Assembly: GCA_963749655.1 (NCBI GenBank)
Contig: CAVVOB010000018.1
Coordinates: forward strand, 64,001 to 128,000
DNA: 64,000 bases
Reading direction: 5' to 3'
From: Nitrospirota bacterium
Lineage (GTDB): Bacteria; Nitrospirota; UBA9217
Part shown: piece after piece, positions 60,189-64,000 of the stretch
Position numbering within the stretch: position 1 is the stretch's first letter
Layout of the letters: each line of letters begins with the position of its first letter
Program-made: the position numbers and the translations under genes
The notes under the pieces: model-generated
The model's database searches: none
What the model was told of the DNA's origin: nothing
Seen by the model: only the letters and a program-made list of their open reading frames with translations

Positions 60189-61902
60189 TCAGGCTGGTCT
60201 TTTTTCCCGGTCCCCCGCTTCCGCATCGGCGAGTCCTTCGGGGATCGCTGCAGCATACACCCGGTAATCTATCCCGGGGAACAGGTTGTCACGCCATTCT
60301 ATATCGTTCAGCCAGGATTCGTCAAGAACGTTCGTCTTGATGCTCTCGTACAGCCGGGTGAATCTCACGATATGCTCCTTCGTCCTGCGGACCGCGTACT
60401 CCGCATGGCTGCCGGCCTTCATCATGAATGCCCAGTCGGAGCTCTGGGCCAGCAGAAGCTCACGCGCTGCCTGGTTCAGTGCCCTGCGCAGCAGACCGTC
60501 CGACCGGGGAAAGGTCTTAGCAAGCTCGACCATACGGTCAGCAGCCTCGTGCAGATGAGGGTAGATCCAGTCATTGGCGCCGTCGAGCCAGACCTCGGCA
60601 AATCCTTTCAATACCCCAGCTGGAAGGCGATGGCTCGGCCACCTGGCACCGCGGGTTCTCGGCCAGGTACTCCGTGGGCGTGATCATGCGAATCGTGTCA
60701 TGCTCAAGGGCGGTCTTCCGGATCACCAGGTTGAGCCAGTCCGGGCCCTCGAACCACCAATGGCCGAACAGCTCCGCGTCATAGGGTGCGACGATGATCG
60801 GCTTGCGGTCCTGGAACATGCTTCCGAGCCATTCGACCTGCTTCTCCCGGTTGGTGATGTAATTGTCCGCGTGGTCGGCGGCTCGTTCGAGCGCCCGCTG
60901 CGGAATATAAGGCTCCTTCTGGTTCGACGATCCCGTGATCCGGTGATATTTAATGCCCAGGTTCACGCGCATTCCGTCAGGGTGGAGATAGGGCTTGATA
61001 TAGTCGTAATCGAGGTCGAACCCCGCATCGCGATAGAAGTCGCGGTAGTTGTAATCACCCGGATACCCCTCGACGGAGCTCCAGACCTGTTTAGAAGACT
61101 CGACGTCCCTGCCGAAGGCGGCCACGCCCGAGCGGCAGTAAATCGGCGCGTACACGCCGTATTTCGGACGGGGCGTTGCATGAAACAGGCCGTGGGAATC
61201 CGTAAAAAAATAACGTATGCCCGCTTGTTTTACGATCTCGTCAAGGCCGGGATAATACCCGCATTCGGGCAGCCAGATTCCTTTCGGGGACCTCCCGAAA
61301 TGCGATTCGTAGTGCTCCACGGCGATCAGCACCTGGGCGAGAACGGCCCGATTGTTCTCCAGAAGAGGAAGAAAACCATGGGTCGCTGCGCAGGTGATGA
61401 TCTCGAGCTTGCCCAGATCCTGGAATTTCCGAAATGCGGCGACGAGGTCTCCCCGGTATGTTCCTTCGAACTCGGCGCGGGCCTTCGTGAACATCTTCCA
61501 GTACATGTGCGCGAGGGGATTGAACCGGGGATCGTTTCGCGTCCGGTCGATTTCCTTGCCGGCGAGCTCGATCAGCCTGGTAATATGGAGAAGGTAGCGC
61601 TGCTGCAGCAGAGGGTCGGACAGCATGGAGACCAAGGTCGGCGTGAGGCTCATGGTGAGCCGGAAGTCAACGCCGTCTTTCACGAGGCCTTCAAACATCG
61701 TGATCAGGGGAAGATAGGTTTCGGTGATCGCCTCGTACAGCCAGTCTTCTTCGAGAAAGCGATCATGCTCCGGATGGCGCACAAAGGGGAGATGACCGTG
61801 CAGCACCAGCGCGAGATAGCCTTTATCCGTTCCGCTTCCCGCAGCCTTCACCAATGCTTTCCCGTTACCGCGGCCGACCTGAGTCGTTTTTCCTTTTTTC
61901 AT
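60189..61902 (-). CDS. GH57 1,4-alpha-glucan branching enzyme (DUF1957; frameshift ~60605)
   Basis: LVLHGHLPFVRH, ATHGFLP, GIWLPEC, PYDAELFGHWWFEG, RELLLAQSSDWAF. Confidence 0.9.
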
Positions 61903-61925
61903 CCCCGAAACCTTGTGATGAGATG

Positions 61926-61961
61926 CAAAACAAAAGTCCATCCCTGAACGGATGGACTTTG
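61926..61961 (-). terminator. Hairpin/terminator between DUF4912 and GH57
   Basis: AAAGTCCATCC-CTGAAC-GGATGGACTTT with an A-rich flank. Confidence 0.6.
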
Positions 61962-62016
61962 ACGTGAAGAACAAACATCACTCTGCCGCCGGACCGAGAA
62001 ACCGGGGCATCGGATG

Positions 62017-63000
62017 CTATTTCCGTTTCGCCTTTGCCCGCTCGCGCGGGAACATGCCCGGCGACGTAATGTCCTGCATGCGCCGCCGGCGCATCATCTC
62101 CAGGAGCTCGGGCGAGGACACGCCGCCCCTGAATCCCTCCGGATAGCCATACAACTTCCAGAACTCCTCGTCCACGAGCATCCACTCTTCGTCGATCACG
62201 TCGGCTACTCCGTCGCGGGGCGTGGTCACAAAGTTCGACCGCGCCAGCGTCAGGAAGCGTCCCTCCGGCGAGAGCAGTCCGAGGTCCGCGCAGAATGAAT
62301 GGCTCGGCCTGCCGAGGTCGAAATACCAGTTCCCGGCCCGCTCGAACACTTCCTGGTCGAAATACCCGAGGGCGTTCCGCCCGTCGAACTGTATGCCCGT
62401 AATGTCGTAGATCCGGACGCAGAGCTTGCTGCCCCAGCCGAACCACGCTTTCTCCCGCTCCAGCCGGCCGGGTGTCGCTTCCCAGTAGGCATGGACAACG
62501 AAGGGATCGCGCGTCATCAGTACGATGCGGTCATGACCGTACTCACGGGCAAGTTCGCCGTGCTCGGCCACGGTCATCTGCGGCGCCGACCCGGTATAGT
62601 ATTTGGACTCCGAAATGCGCTCCTGCGCCAGGAGCGGCTCCTCTACCTTGGGCGGGTTCTTCCAGTCATGGACCGGCGGAACGACCGCACCGCGGACCTT
62701 CTGCATTCCCGCCCGGTCGGCGGCCGGCTTGCGGGCCGCTCCGGGATTGGCGGAACCAGCGGTTGCTTTTTCCGCCAGCGGCGCACGCTTCACGGCGGAT
62801 TTCGCTCCTGCCGGTCGTTTCCCGGCAGGTGCAGTTTTTTTCACCGCGGCCGCAGCCGGCTTTTTTGTGCTCTTTTCCGCAGCCATCAGCGCGGCGACGA
62901 TGTCACTCTTTTTATCTTGTGCAGACAGGGACACTTTCTTCTTCTTGGCCAGGGCTTTGAGTTCAGCCACAGTCATTGCTGTCAATTCGGTTCTTTTCAT
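62017..63000 (-). CDS. DUF4912 protein with Rho-N-like N-terminal domain and K/A-rich linker
   Basis: MTVAELKALAK...KKSDIV; YGHDRIVLMTRDPFVVHAYWE, LARSNFVTTP; the usual GH57 neighbour. Confidence 0.82.
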   Translation of the reverse strand: MKRTELTAMTVAELKALAKKKKVSLSAQDKKSDIVAALMAAEKSTKKPAAAAVKKTAPAGKRPAGAKSAVKRAPLAEKATAGSANPGAARKPAADRAGMQKVRGAVVPPVHDWKNPPKVEEPLLAQERISESKYYTGSAPQMTVAEHGELAREYGHDRIVLMTRDPFVVHAYWEATPGRLEREKAWFGWGSKLCVRIYDITGIQFDGRNALGYFDQEVFERAGNWYFDLGRPSHSFCADLGLLSPEGRFLTLARSNFVTTPRDGVADVIDEEWMLVDEEFWKLYGYPEGFRGGVSSPELLEMMRRRRMQDITSPGMFPRERAKAKRK

Positions 63001-63045
63001 CTCAAATCCCCCTTCCTGAATAATTGAGTGCCTGCGTACTTCTCA

Positions 63046-63073
63046 ACTATAGCACAATTGCCTCTGTTGTCAA
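63046..63073 (-). promoter_or_regulatory. Sigma70 promoter of DUF4912
   Basis: TTGACA-16 bp-TATAGT on the minus strand. Confidence 0.6.
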
Positions 63074-63102
63074 ACTGAATTCGTCCTGTTTTCAAAGGAC
63101 TT

Positions 63103-63131
63103 TTGACAAAAAACCCAAAAGACCTTATACT
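63103..63131 (+). promoter_or_regulatory. Sigma70 promoter of fabF (leaderless)
   Basis: TTGACA-17 bp-TATACT, 7 nt before the ATG. Confidence 0.7.
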
Positions 63132-63138
63132 GCGACGC

Positions 63139-64000
63139 ATGAAACCGCGCGTCGTTATAACGGGCATCGGCATGGTCACGCCCCTGGGCAATTCCGCTGA
63201 AGAAACCTGGCGCGGCCTGGCCAGGGGCGCCTCGGGCTCAGGAACTATCTCGAAATTCGACGCATCGGCATATTCAAGCCGCATTTCCTGCGAACTCAAG
63301 GGCTTCGATGCCGCCCGGTTTCTGACTCCCAAGGAAACGCACCGGACAGACCCTTTCATCCAGTACGCCGTAGCTGCGGCGTCCATGGCCCTGGAGAATG
63401 CCCGCTTCGCTCCTGCTTCGGACTCCCGGCTCAGAACCGGCGTCCTCATAGGATCGGGCCGGGGCGGAGTGACCACCGTGGAAAAGAACATGGCCAGCCT
63501 CGCTGCCCGGGGGCCGAAAGCTGTTTCCCCTTTTTTCACCCCCCTGTCGCTGCCGAACATGGCAGCGGCCTTCGTTGCCATAAAGTTTGGCGCACAGGGA
63601 CCGTGCCTCGACGTCTCGACGGCCTGCTCCACCGGGACCCATGCCCTGGGCGAAGCAATGAAGATCATCCAGCGCGGGGACGCTGACGTCATGATCGCCG
63701 GCGGAAGCGAGGCGCCGATCACTCCGCTCATTCTCGCCGGCTTCTGCCAGGCAAAAGCCTTGTCCCGCCGCAACAGCGAGCCGGAGCGGGCAAGCAGACC
63801 CTTTGACCTGCACCGCGACGGGTTTGTCCTGTCCGAAGGAGCCGCTGTTCTCGTCCTGGAGACGCTGCATCATGCAGAGCGGCGAGGCGCCCCGATTCTT
63901 GCGGAAATGGCGGGATACGGCCTTTCGTCGGATGCATACCACCTTACCCGGCCCGATCCGGAAGGAGAAGGCTCCTCCCGCGCCATGTCGCTGGCCCTCT
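63139..64000 (+). CDS. fabF: Beta-ketoacyl-ACP synthase II (partial; runs off the window)
   Basis: MKPRVVITGIGMVTPLG, STACSTGTHALG, ASRPFDLHRDGFVLSEGA, GYGLSSDAYH. Confidence 0.9.
   Translation, partial: MKPRVVITGIGMVTPLGNSAEETWRGLARGASGSGTISKFDASAYSSRISCELKGFDAARFLTPKETHRTDPFIQYAVAAASMALENARFAPASDSRLRTGVLIGSGRGGVTTVEKNMASLAARGPKAVSPFFTPLSLPNMAAAFVAIKFGAQGPCLDVSTACSTGTHALGEAMKIIQRGDADVMIAGGSEAPITPLILAGFCQAKALSRRNSEPERASRPFDLHRDGFVLSEGAAVLVLETLHHAERRGAPILAEMAGYGLSSDAYHLTRPDPEGEGSSRAMSLAL

Noticed and set aside
3240-60610. More than 20 frameshifts (int, addB, addA, rnfD, crcB, PAP2, kinase, ONR, nuoL/M/N, tkt, DGC, HD, GH57) as programmed frameshifting or mass pseudogenisation
   Set aside because: They are scattered single-base indels in core genes, with no shared slippery motif and intact sequence on both sides. 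Compensating indel pairs occur (degP ~12700-12732 reads GAEAQIQIVG where the shifted frame gives QKHKYKSS). This is best explained as long-read consensus error.

Overview
GC-rich bacterial chromosomal window; gene content and order suggest an anaerobic or microaerophilic Nitrospirota/Desulfobacterota-like organism (inference). Positions 1-4195 are the right end of a phage-related element integrated at tRNA-Gly(CCC), carrying a tape measure protein, a chimeric tail-fibre-like gene, an excisionase relic and a tyrosine integrase. The rest is core genome: trxA/TlpA/ferredoxin, addBA, degP, two disulfide oxidoreductases with gcvH, rnfCDGEAB, nfu, crcB-DUF190-PAP2, pcm-surE, a MASE3/PAS hybrid kinase, tRNA-Pro-merR-ihfA, an octaheme nitrite reductase, nuoA-B-CD-E-F-G-H-I-J-K-L-M-N plus transketolase, two diguanylate cyclases, an HD hydrolase, an L,D-transpeptidase pair, glcD, GH57/DUF4912 and fabF. 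Many genes carry single-base frameshifts that look like long-read consensus errors. The most unusual signal is non-coding. Eleven of the 12 nuo junctions, several rnf and other junctions, and one site inside nuoG hold short palindromic or tandem repeat elements of at least six families. Adjacent junctions share a family, so single subunit genes are bracketed: nuoF by a perfect 35-bp inverted repeat, nuoCD by a 29/34 inverted repeat, and nuoH and nuoJ by direct copies.
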